From NCBI GenBank assembly GCA_036374115.1, contig DASUUL010000057.1, forward strand, positions 1 to 40,192: DNA of 40,192 nucleotides, given 5' to 3'. Below are positions 19,265 through 28,610 of this stretch, one piece after another (the first letter of the stretch is position 1; every line of letters starts with the position of its first letter). Both the position numbers and the translations under genes were made by a program. The notes under the pieces are model-generated. The model had not been told where the DNA came from. It made no database searches and saw only the letters and a program-made list of their open reading frames with translations. This DNA comes from Acidimicrobiia bacterium (GTDB taxonomy: Bacteria; Actinomycetota; Acidimicrobiia; IMCC26256; JACDBD01).

Positions 19265-19702
19265 CTAGCCGACCCGACGAGCGAAGTGGAACGAGCTGAT
19301 GGCGAACCCCTGGCGCATGTAGAACCGGTGCGCCTCGGCGCGCTGGACGCCCGAGTCGAGGTCCAGCACGCGGCAGTCGGCTGCCAGAGCACGGCTGCCG
19401 AGCTCCGCGATGAGTGCGGCGCCCACGCCGTGGCTGCGCCGGGCTTGCGTCGTGACGAGGTCGTCGACGTAGAGCTTTCGCATCGTGCTGGTACTCGCCA
19501 CGACGCGCCAGCCCGCGACACCGACGCATCGATCGTTGTCATATGCGGCGATGTAGCGCAGCCCCTGCGGGTACGCCTCGCCGTACACGCTTGCGAACGT
19601 CTCTGCGGTGAGATGCGGGCGCAACTCGCGCAGAACCGGGAGCACATCTCGCTGGAGACGGTGATCACCAGGCTCGATATCCACGATGAGCATGGAGAGC
19701 AT
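19265..19702 (-). CDS. GNAT family N-acetyltransferase.
   Basis: Acetyl-CoA motif A: VDDLVTTQARRSHGVGAALI. The C-terminus is AHRFYMRQGF. The start is taken at ATG 19702 (or 19693); the upstream 60 codons of the listed ORF are Arg/Ser junk. Confidence 0.8.
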   Translation of the reverse strand: MLSMLIVDIEPGDHRLQRDVLPVLRELRPHLTAETFASVYGEAYPQGLRYIAAYDNDRCVGVAGWRVVASTSTMRKLYVDDLVTTQARRSHGVGAALIAELGSRALAADCRVLDLDSGVQRAEAHRFYMRQGFAISSFHFARRVG

Positions 19703-19793
19703 CGTCGCGTATGCCGGCCATGCGCCCTGCCGCGCCCGCGATGAGTTCCGCCCGGTCGATCCGTCTCCCGGAGAGGCCCGAAGGGAGGTCCGC

Positions 19794-20180
19794 GTGGGCG
19801 CGCCCGAGGAGAGCCCGACGATCCTGGTGGTCGTCGGCAGCGCCATCACCCGCGCTCGCACTCGGGCGGTCTGCGCTCGCATCCGGGCGTTCGTCCCCGG
19901 CCGGGCGCCCCTCGTGACCTGTGACGTGGGTGCGGCCGAGCCCGACCTCGAAACCGTCGATGCCCTTGCCCAGCTGCAGCTGACCGCCCTCCGGCTGGGA
20001 TCGACCGTCCGCCTGCGTCACGCCCGGGGGGACCTGCGCGAACTGCTCGCCCTCACCGGGCTGGCGGAGACGCTCGGGCTCCCCGTCGACCTACTCGGGC
20101 GGCGTGGGTGGGAGCCCGAACAGCGGGAACAACCGCTCGGTATCGAGAAAGAAGTTGAGCGCCGCGATCCGACCGTCTGA
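19794..20180 (+). CDS. Small STAS-domain protein (anti-sigma-antagonist fold, no obvious phospho-Ser).
   Basis: GTG at 19794 is 5 nt after AAGGGAGG. ILVVVGSAI...VCARIRAF...VTCDVGAAEPDLETVDALAQLQLTALRLG...LRELLALTGL resembles actinobacterial short STAS proteins. GC3 is high in the domain. The tail continues 30 codons antisense into the sigma gene. Confidence 0.65.
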   Translation: MGAPEESPTILVVVGSAITRARTRAVCARIRAFVPGRAPLVTCDVGAAEPDLETVDALAQLQLTALRLGSTVRLRHARGDLRELLALTGLAETLGLPVDLLGRRGWEPEQREQPLGIEKEVERRDPTV

Positions 20181-21083
20181 CAGCTCGAGGACGTGCAGCG
20201 CGAACGGCTCGTAGCCGTTGCCGGAGCCGGCCCGGCGGTACTGCCCCACCGCCGGCGCTCCGTTCGCCGCCACCGGCACCAGTCTCGAGCCGCGACAGCC
20301 GATCCCGGGCCCGAGCATCCAACGACGGATCTCGGCGGGGCCCCGGAGCCAGAGATCGTAGGGCGGCATGGAATGGGTGGCGTCGTCGTGGAGCAACGCG
20401 ACCAGGGCGTCGACGTCGTAGCGCTCGAACGCGTCCAGGTAGCGGGCCACGACGGCCTGCTGGGCGTCGTCGACCCTCGGAGGCGCGTCGGTGCTGAGGC
20501 CCGCCGTCCCGAGCGTCGCCCGTGCCCGCTGCAGGGCGCTGTTGACCGCCGCCACGCTCGTGCCGAGGAGCTCGGCGACTTCGCTCGCCCGCCACCGCAG
20601 CACCTCGCGCAGGACGAGCACCGCCCGCTGCTGCGCCGGGAGGTACTGCAGCGCGGCCACGAACGCGAGCCGGATCGTCTCGCGTGCCACCGCCAGCTCC
20701 GCGGGATCGCCCTCTTCGGGGAGCACCCGGCCGTCGGGGACGGGCTCGACCCACGCGCTCTCGGGAAGGGGGGCGCCGAGCGACGCATCGGCCGAGCCGA
20801 CCGGCCCGAGATCCATCGGCCGGGCCCGGCGCCGGCGCCCGTTGAGCAGGTCGAAACACACGTTGGTCGCGATGCGGTACAGCCACGATCGCAACGACGA
20901 TCGCCCTTCGAAGCGGTCGAAGCCCCGCCACGCCCGCACGAGCGTCTCCTGGACCGCGTCCTCGGCCTCGAACGCCGATCCCAGCATCCGGTAGCAGTAC
21001 CCGGTGAGCTCGACGCGGTGCTGCTCGAGCTGCCGTTCGAGCTCGACGGACGGGGGGCTCGTGTCGGCTCGGGCGTCGGCCAT
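20091..21083 (-). CDS. ECF sigma factor with a fused C-terminal SnoaL/NTF2-like domain (SigG/SigJ-type, ECF41/ECF56-like).
   Basis: Sigma region 2: LTGYCYRMLGSAFEAEDAVQETLVRAWR...SWLYRIATNVCFD. Region 4: LPAQQRAVLVLREVLRWRASEVAELLGTSVAAVNSALQRAR. A ~120-aa extension ends in FFLDTERLFPLFGLP. ATG at 21083 has GAGG upstream. Confidence 0.9.
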   Translation of the reverse strand: MADARADTSPPSVELERQLEQHRVELTGYCYRMLGSAFEAEDAVQETLVRAWRGFDRFEGRSSLRSWLYRIATNVCFDLLNGRRRRARPMDLGPVGSADASLGAPLPESAWVEPVPDGRVLPEEGDPAELAVARETIRLAFVAALQYLPAQQRAVLVLREVLRWRASEVAELLGTSVAAVNSALQRARATLGTAGLSTDAPPRVDDAQQAVVARYLDAFERYDVDALVALLHDDATHSMPPYDLWLRGPAEIRRWMLGPGIGCRGSRLVPVAANGAPAVGQYRRAGSGNGYEPFALHVLELSDGRIAALNFFLDTERLFPLFGLPPTPPE

Positions 21084-21230
21084 CGCGCCACCTCGCTCAC
21101 GAGTTTGGAGGGGGGAAATCACACCCATCGTAGGCACCGGCGCCCGAGCCGCGGCCAGACGAGCGCGTGAGCGGCGCAGGCCGATGATTTTCCGCTTCCC
21201 GAGACGTCGGGATGGGTGAGACTCCTCCCC

Positions 21231-21257
21231 TGTCGAGTTCCGGATCCCGGATTCGTC
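21231..21257 (+). promoter_or_regulatory. Candidate ECF-type promoter TGTCGAG-N16-CGTC facing drrAB, embedded in a 9-bp-arm inverted repeat (21229-21265).
   Basis: TGTCGAG lies at 21231-21237, followed by a spacer of exactly 16 nt and CGTC at 21254-21257. It resembles the ECF41 target motif as I recall it (TGTCACA-N16-CGTC). It is located in the 304-nt divergent region next to the SnoaL-fused ECF sigma gene. Confidence 0.4.
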
Positions 21258-21387
21258 GACAGGGAAGGAGCGGACCCGAAGCCCTGATGCTCGACCTCAA
21301 GCGGGGTTGAGACCGTAGGGTCCGGCCCCGGGCAGGATCGCAGACCGGTACGAACCACGCCAGCACGAATTCGGGAGGCCGCAGCTC

Positions 21388-22431
21388 ATGGGAGCCGAGC
21401 CCGTGTCCGCAAGTGAGTCGAGCGCACCCCTCGCGATCGAGGCGTCGGGCCTCGTGAAGGCGTTCGGCGACGTCCGTGCCGTCGACGGCATCGATCTCGC
21501 CGTGCCCGCCGGCACCGTGTACGGCGTGCTGGGCCCGAACGGCGCCGGCAAGACCACCGCCATCCGCACGCTGGCCACGCTGCTGCGCCCCGACGCGGGC
21601 GAGGCCCGCGTCCTCGGCCACGACGTCGTGCACGAGGCCGATGCGGTGCGCAGCCGGGTGAGCCTCACCGGCCAGTTCGCCTCCGTCGACGACGAGCTCA
21701 GCGGGACCGAGAACCTCGTGCTGCTGGCGCGGCTCCTCGGCTACTCGCGGTCCGACGCCCGCGGCCGGGCCCGCGACCTGCTCGAGGCATTCGGGCTGGC
21801 CGACGCGGGCGACCGTCTGGTCAAGAGCTACTCCGGGGGCATGCGCCGCCGCCTCGACATCGCGGCCAGCATCGTGGCCACCCCGGATCTCATCTTCCTC
21901 GACGAGCCGACCACCGGGCTCGATCCCCGCAGCCGCAACCAGGTGTGGGACATCGTGCGCGCGCTCGTCGCGCAGGACACCACGGTGCTGCTCACCACCC
22001 AGTACCTCGAGGAGGCGGATCAGCTCGCGGACCGGATCGCGGTGATCGACCACGGTCGCATCATCGCCGAGGGAACACCGGCCGACTTGAAGGCCTCCGT
22101 CGGTTCGGGCGCGCTGCACGTGCGACTGCAGGACGGTGAGCGTCGCGCCGACGCCCAGCGCCTGCTGACGTCCGCCTTGGGGGTGCCCGTGCACCTCGAG
22201 CCCGATCCCGCGGCCATCTCGGCCCGGGTCCCCGACGGGGATGTGGTGCCCGACGCGCTCGCCGAGCTCTCGCGCGCGGGGATCGCGGTCACCGACTTCT
22301 CCCTGGGCCAACCCAGCCTCGACGAGGTCTTCCTCGCACTGACCGGACGGCCCGCCGAGGACCCGGCTGCCACCGACGACACCGACCACGCCGGCGAGTC
22401 CGGCGAGTCCGACGAGGAGGATGCAGCGTGA
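21388..22431 (+). CDS. ABC-2 type exporter ATP-binding protein (DrrA-like).
   Basis: Walker [10 protein letters not shown], signature [10 protein letters not shown] and Walker [12 protein letters not shown]. The C-terminal domain is typical of DrrA-type proteins and carries an acidic tail. Confidence 0.9.
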   Translation: MGAEPVSASESSAPLAIEASGLVKAFGDVRAVDGIDLAVPAGTVYGVLGPNGAGKTTAIRTLATLLRPDAGEARVLGHDVVHEADAVRSRVSLTGQFASVDDELSGTENLVLLARLLGYSRSDARGRARDLLEAFGLADAGDRLVKSYSGGMRRRLDIAASIVATPDLIFLDEPTTGLDPRSRNQVWDIVRALVAQDTTVLLTTQYLEEADQLADRIAVIDHGRIIAEGTPADLKASVGSGALHVRLQDGERRADAQRLLTSALGVPVHLEPDPAAISARVPDGDVVPDALAELSRAGIAVTDFSLGQPSLDEVFLALTGRPAEDPAATDDTDHAGESGESDEEDAA

Positions 22432-23243
22432 CGACCACGACCATCGACTCGACCGCCACCGCCACGTTGCAGAGTGCGCTGTCGACCCAGGCCCGGCCGC
22501 CCCGACCGGGCCCGCTCACCGCGTCGGTCGCGTTCGGGTGGCGGGCCATGCTCAAGATCAAGCACGTCCCCATGCAGCTCTTCGACGTGACGGCGTTTCC
22601 GATCATGTTCGTGCTGCTCTACACGTATCTCTTCGGCGGCGCGCTGGCAGGCTCGCCCCGCGAGTACCTCCAGGACCTGCTCCCCGGCGTCCTCGTCATG
22701 ACCGTGGCCTGGATCACCATGTACACCGGGCAGGGGTTCAACACCGACATCTCCAAGGGCGTCTTCGACCGGTTCCGCTCGTTGCCGATCTGGCGGCCGG
22801 CCGTGCTCGTGGGGATGCTGCTCGCCGACGCCGTGCGCTACACGCTGGCCTCGATCGTGATCCTCACGGTCGGCATCGCGCTGGGGTTCCGGCCCGACGG
22901 TGGGCCGCTCGGCGTGCTCCTCGCCGTGGCGCTGCTGCTGGTGTTCTCGTTCAGCCTCTCGTGGGTGTGGACCGTGTTCGGCCTGCGGCTCCAGACGCCC
23001 GAGTCCGTCATGCAGGTGAGCATGACGGTGCTGTTCCCGCTCACGTTCGCCAGCAACGTGTTCGTCGATCCCGACACCATGCCCGGCTGGGTGCAGGCGT
23101 TCGTCAACGTGAACCCGATCACGCACCTCGCGAGCGCCGCCCGCGATCTCATGCACGGTAGCGCCGCCGGCGACATCGGGTGGGTGCTGTTGTGGTGCGT
23201 CGCGCTCGTCGCCGTGTTCGCCCCGATCACGATGCGTCTCTAA
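22428..23243 (+). CDS. ABC-2 type exporter permease (DrrB-like).
   Basis: GTGA overlap with the ATPase gene. Six hydrophobic segments and the ABC2_membrane pattern (FRSLPI..., NPITHL). Confidence 0.9.
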   Translation: MTTTTIDSTATATLQSALSTQARPPRPGPLTASVAFGWRAMLKIKHVPMQLFDVTAFPIMFVLLYTYLFGGALAGSPREYLQDLLPGVLVMTVAWITMYTGQGFNTDISKGVFDRFRSLPIWRPAVLVGMLLADAVRYTLASIVILTVGIALGFRPDGGPLGVLLAVALLLVFSFSLSWVWTVFGLRLQTPESVMQVSMTVLFPLTFASNVFVDPDTMPGWVQAFVNVNPITHLASAARDLMHGSAAGDIGWVLLWCVALVAVFAPITMRL

Positions 23244-23262
23244 AACAGCGAGCGGTAGCGAC

Positions 23263-24081
23263 TCAGGCTCTCTGGGACCGCCCGGCGAGGTAACGGGCGG
23301 CTGCCGCGCGGCATTCGGCGTCGGCGAAGGCCTCCGCGAGCAGCGCGACGTCGGCGTCCGCCCCGGCGTCGGTCGCGGGTACCGCCGGCACCGCCGCCTC
23401 CACGAGTTGCTTCATCGCCCGCAGCACCAGGGCGGGCTTCGATGCGACCTCGCGGGTGAGCTGGCCGGTCGCGGCCTCCAGGTCGTCGTCGGCGACGACG
23501 CGGTTCACGAACCGCATCTCGAGCGCTTCGGCGGCGGCAAAGGGGCGCCCGGTGATCACGAGCTCCTTCGTGAGCGCGGGACCGAGCTCACGCACGAGCC
23601 GCGGGACACCCGTCCAGAACAGCGGGATCCCCAGGTCGACCTCCGGGATCCGGAACACCGCGCTCGCCGAGGCGAGGCGCAGGTCGCACGCTGACGCGAG
23701 CACCACCGCGCCGCCGACGCAGTGCCCGCGAATCGACGCGATCGTCGTGGCCCGCATCTCGCCGATGGCCTCGGCCATGGCCCGCCCGGCGCGCGCCGAC
23801 TGCTGCGGTGGGCCGGTCTCGGTCCAGGTGGCATCGCCGAGATCGAACCCGGCCGAGAAGGCCGATCCCTCCCCTGCCACCACGACCACCTTCACGGCCG
23901 GTTGCGCGTCGAACCATGCTGCTGCGCGCGGGAGCTCCTCCAGCGCGGCGCGGTTCAGCGCGTTGCGCTTCGCCGGCCGCGCCAGCGTGATCCGACCGGC
24001 CGGCCCGTCCGATTCGATCCGGATCGCCGACGTCTCGGGTGCCGCCGCGGTGTGGTCCCCCTGTGCCCCGATCGCCGTAGC
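23263..24081 (-). CDS. Enoyl-CoA hydratase/isomerase (crotonase) family protein with an unresolved start codon.
   Basis: Oxyanion-hole region VVVVAGEGSAFSAGFDL. The listed ORF starts at GTG 23895, but 62 further in-frame codons back to the stop at 24082-24084 encode the canonical crotonase N-terminus (IRIESDGPAGRITLARPAKRNALNRAALEEL). They contain no ATG, GTG or TTG. Confidence 0.7.
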   Translation of the reverse strand, partial: ATAIGAQGDHTAAAPETSAIRIESDGPAGRITLARPAKRNALNRAALEELPRAAAWFDAQPAVKVVVVAGEGSAFSAGFDLGDATWTETGPPQQSARAGRAMAEAIGEMRATTIASIRGHCVGGAVVLASACDLRLASASAVFRIPEVDLGIPLFWTGVPRLVRELGPALTKELVITGRPFAAAEALEMRFVNRVVADDDLEAATGQLTREVASKPALVLRAMKQLVEAAVPAVPATDAGADADVALLAEAFADAECRAAAARYLAGRSQRA

Positions 24082-24096
24082 CTACGGGCCCGACGC

Positions 24097-24352
24097 TCAC
24101 GCCAGGTCGGGCAGCGCTCGGCTCCAGGAGTCGCCGTCGACGTACGAGCGCAGCAGTGCCATGGCCGTGGCCCGATCGAGGACGCCGAGCCGGCCACCGA
24201 TTTCGGCATAGGCGATGGCGGCACCGAACGCCGCCGTCGTGGCGCCGTCGAAGGATCTCATGGTCGTGCTTGGCCGCCATCGACTCGCTGAGGCCGTCGA
24301 GCACGGCGTCGAAGCGCGCTCGCAACCACCGGGCGTCGTCGTCGTCGATCAT
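24097..24352 (-). pseudogene. Small hypothetical gene split by a frameshift near 24250-24262.
   Basis: Frame A from ATG 24352 reads MIDDDDARWLRARFDAVLDGLSESMAAKHDHEI and then turns into Arg-rich junk. A second frame continues with FDGATTAAFGAAIAYAEIGGRLGVLDRATAMALLRSYVDGDSWSRALPDLA* (stop at 24097-24099). That frame has its own ATG at 24261. Both parts have high GC3. Confidence 0.45.
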
Positions 24353-24419
24353 GCCCGGGTCTTACCCAGGCCGACCTCATTCGACTCCTCGCCGGCCATA
24401 TGCGTGGTTCACTACCCCG

Positions 24420-24809
24420 ATGCTGCATCACGTGACCTTGTGGGTCCCCGACCTCGCGCGGGCCGAGGAGTCGTGGAGCTGGCTCCTCGGCCGGCTCGGC
24501 TACACGCTCGACCGCTCCGTCGACAGCGTCCTGCTCTTTCGGCACGAAGCCGGCTTCGCGGTCGCGCTCGAGCAGTCGAGCGACATGGTGCCCGGCATGC
24601 TCTACAGCCGCATGCGGCCCGGGCTCAACCATCTCGCCTTCACCGTCGTGCAACCACAGGCACTCGACGAGATCACCCGGCGTGCGCCGGAGCATGGTTG
24701 GTCGGCGCTGCCGGCCGACCGCCACCCCATCGCCGGCGGTGCGCCGGTCGCGTACCTCGAGGATCGCGACGGCTTCGAGATCGAGCTCGTCGCCGACGGG
24801 GCGCCGTGA
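24420..24809 (+). CDS. VOC / glyoxalase family protein.
   Basis: MLHHVTLWVPDLARAEESWSWLLGRLGY...LNHLAFTV...YLEDRDGFEIELV. ATG at 24420; the upstream part of the listed ORF is junk. Confidence 0.8.
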   Translation: MLHHVTLWVPDLARAEESWSWLLGRLGYTLDRSVDSVLLFRHEAGFAVALEQSSDMVPGMLYSRMRPGLNHLAFTVVQPQALDEITRRAPEHGWSALPADRHPIAGGAPVAYLEDRDGFEIELVADGAP

Positions 24810-24815
24810 CCGCGG

Positions 24816-25661
24816 CTACGCCGTGGCCCCCGCCACGACCGCCAGCGTCGGGATGCTGTAGCCGGTCGCGGATCGGAAGGGTTCGAGCGTTGCCTCGAGC
24901 GTCGAGCGCACCGCGGCCGCCTCGTCGGCGGGCAATGAGGCGACCAGCGCCGGCACGGGCCCACTCACCGCGGTCTGCACCGCCCAATAGGCGTCGAAGC
25001 CGGCGTACTCCATCACGCCTTCCATCTCCCGCACCGTGACGGCGGAGAAGCCGGTGGCCGTGAGCAGTTCCTGATTGCGGTCAGGTGCCGAGAGCGAGAA
25101 GACGCCGCCCGGGCCGAAGGGGTCCCCGGGGGGCACGTGCCCGTTCTGGATCAGCGCACCCATCATGAGCGCCACCCACGCGTTGCGCTCGGGAGCGCCC
25201 ATCACTGCGTACGCCAACCGGCCGCCGGGCCGCAGCACGCGACGAATCTCACGGAACGCCCGGGCGGGCTGGGGAGTCAGCATCAGACCGAGGCGAGAGA
25301 TCACACCGTCGACGCTGTCGTCGGGAAGCTCGAGGTCCTGCGCGTCCATGACGTGGCATTCGACGCAGCTGAGGCCGCGTGCCTCGGCCCCACGCCGCGC
25401 CGCCTCCACCATCGCCGGCGCCAGGTCGGTCGAGATCAGCCGTCCCTCGGGGCCGATCCGGTCCGCGGCGAGGAATCCCGTCTCGCCCGGACCGGCTGCG
25501 AGCTCGAGGATCGTCGCACCGGGCCGCGGCTCGATCCGGTCCACGATCCACTCCGACGCCGGCAGGAATCCCGCGAAGACATGATCGCGATGTCGGTCCC
25601 ATGCGGACCCGAGCCCGTCCCACAGGTCGCGCGCGGCCTCGGTCAGGTCGTCGTCGGACAT
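24816..25661 (-). CDS. Class I SAM-dependent methyltransferase.
   Basis: Motif I ILELAAGPGETG, motif post-I STDLAP, and DGVISRLGLM...LRPGGRL. The gene starts 3 nt after the upstream amidohydrolase stop. Confidence 0.85.
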   Translation of the reverse strand: MSDDDLTEAARDLWDGLGSAWDRHRDHVFAGFLPASEWIVDRIEPRPGATILELAAGPGETGFLAADRIGPEGRLISTDLAPAMVEAARRGAEARGLSCVECHVMDAQDLELPDDSVDGVISRLGLMLTPQPARAFREIRRVLRPGGRLAYAVMGAPERNAWVALMMGALIQNGHVPPGDPFGPGGVFSLSAPDRNQELLTATGFSAVTVREMEGVMEYAGFDAYWAVQTAVSGPVPALVASLPADEAAAVRSTLEATLEPFRSATGYSIPTLAVVAGATA

Positions 25662-25664
25662 CGG

Positions 25665-26843
25665 TCAGGCCGGGCGCAGCTCGGTGAGCGCGGCCGCGTT
25701 CTCCCGGAGAATCTTGCGGCGGGCGCCGTCGTCGAACTCCTTGAGCTCGGAGGCGTAGTCGAGGGGCCTGGGCATCCCCTCGATGTGGGGCCAGTCGGAG
25801 CCGAAGATGACGCGCTCCGGGCCTACGAGCTCGGCGATCTCGTAGGGGTCGTCCTCCCAGAACGGGTTGATCCAGATGTGGCGACGGAAGATGTCGGTCG
25901 GGTCCTCGGCGAAGAAGCCCGGGATCCGGCGATTCACCGAGGCCAGCTTGCGGAACATGTCGGGCAGGAACTCGGAGCCGTTCTCGACCGACGCGACGCG
26001 GAGGTTCGGGAACCGCACGAACAACTGGTCGAAGATCAGCGACGCCAGGAAGTCGTAGATCGCGCGCTCCATGGCCAGCAGCTTGATCGACGGCCGGTTC
26101 CCTCCCTCGAAGGTGGCGGCGAACCCGTCCTTGGCGTAGCCCTGCGACGAGTACCCGCTGTCGCCGGCGTGCACCACGATCGTGATGCCGGCCTCGTTCG
26201 CACGCGCCCAGAACGGATCGAACATCGGGTCGCCGGGCGGGAGCTGACCGGTGATCGTGGTGGGCGCGGCGGGGCGCATCACGACGAGTCGGGCGCCGCC
26301 GGCCAGCGCCCACTCGAGCTCGCTCACCGCGAAGTCGACGTCGGCGAGCGTGATGTAGGGGGCGCTGAAGATCCGCCCCTGGTAGTCGAATCCCCAGTCC
26401 TCGGCGAGCCAGCGGTTGAACGCGCGGAACATGTGCGTGACCGCCTCGGGGTCGTGACGGAGCAGCTCCTCGTACACCATGCCGAGCGTCGGGAACATCC
26501 ACACGCTCTCGAGCCCGAACTCGTCCATGACGGCGAGCCGGGCATCGCGGTCGCGGTACTCGGGCCGGATGGGCTCTCGCTCGCGCAGGAAGTCGGTCGG
26601 GAAGCGCTGGTCGGGGTTGCCCCGGAAGTAGTCGCTGAGGGCACCCGCCTTCGCGATCGGATCGAACGTCGGATTGGTGACCGCCCGACTCACCCGTCCG
26701 CCGATCACGTGGTACTTGCGCCCGCCGATCTCGGCCCATTGGATCACCCGCGGGCCGAGCTTCGGGTCGAGGTGGCGGGTGAAGGCGTCGAGCGCCTCGT
26801 AGTAGTGGTTGTCGGCGTCGACGGCCGGATAGTCGAGCTCCAT
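25665..26843 (-). CDS. Amidohydrolase_2 (ACMSD-like metal-dependent hydrolase/decarboxylase) family protein.
   Basis: N-terminal metal-binding motif DADNHYYE, an internal VVHAGD, and C-terminal FGSDWPH. Confidence 0.85.
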   Translation of the reverse strand: MELDYPAVDADNHYYEALDAFTRHLDPKLGPRVIQWAEIGGRKYHVIGGRVSRAVTNPTFDPIAKAGALSDYFRGNPDQRFPTDFLREREPIRPEYRDRDARLAVMDEFGLESVWMFPTLGMVYEELLRHDPEAVTHMFRAFNRWLAEDWGFDYQGRIFSAPYITLADVDFAVSELEWALAGGARLVVMRPAAPTTITGQLPPGDPMFDPFWARANEAGITIVVHAGDSGYSSQGYAKDGFAATFEGGNRPSIKLLAMERAIYDFLASLIFDQLFVRFPNLRVASVENGSEFLPDMFRKLASVNRRIPGFFAEDPTDIFRRHIWINPFWEDDPYEIAELVGPERVIFGSDWPHIEGMPRPLDYASELKEFDDGARRKILRENAAALTELRPA

Positions 26844-26865
26844 GGCCCGATCGTACGCGCTGCTG

Positions 26866-28573
<1,708 letters not shown>

Positions 28574-28610
28574 CATTGCTGCCATGCCCGTCATCGCTCA
28601 TGATCGTCGC

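Noticed and set aside
21084-21130. TGTGATT-N15-CGTG upstream of the sigma gene, as an autoregulatory ECF promoter.
   Set aside because: Both half-sites deviate from the motif, the spacing is off by one, and it would leave almost no room between the TSS and the RBS.
21287-21310. Seven-codon mini-ORF (MLDLKRG*) downstream of the putative ECF promoter, as a possible leader peptide.
   Set aside because: The GGAAGGAG sequence is 16 nt from its ATG, which is too far. The ORF is very short and there is no attenuator-like structure around it.
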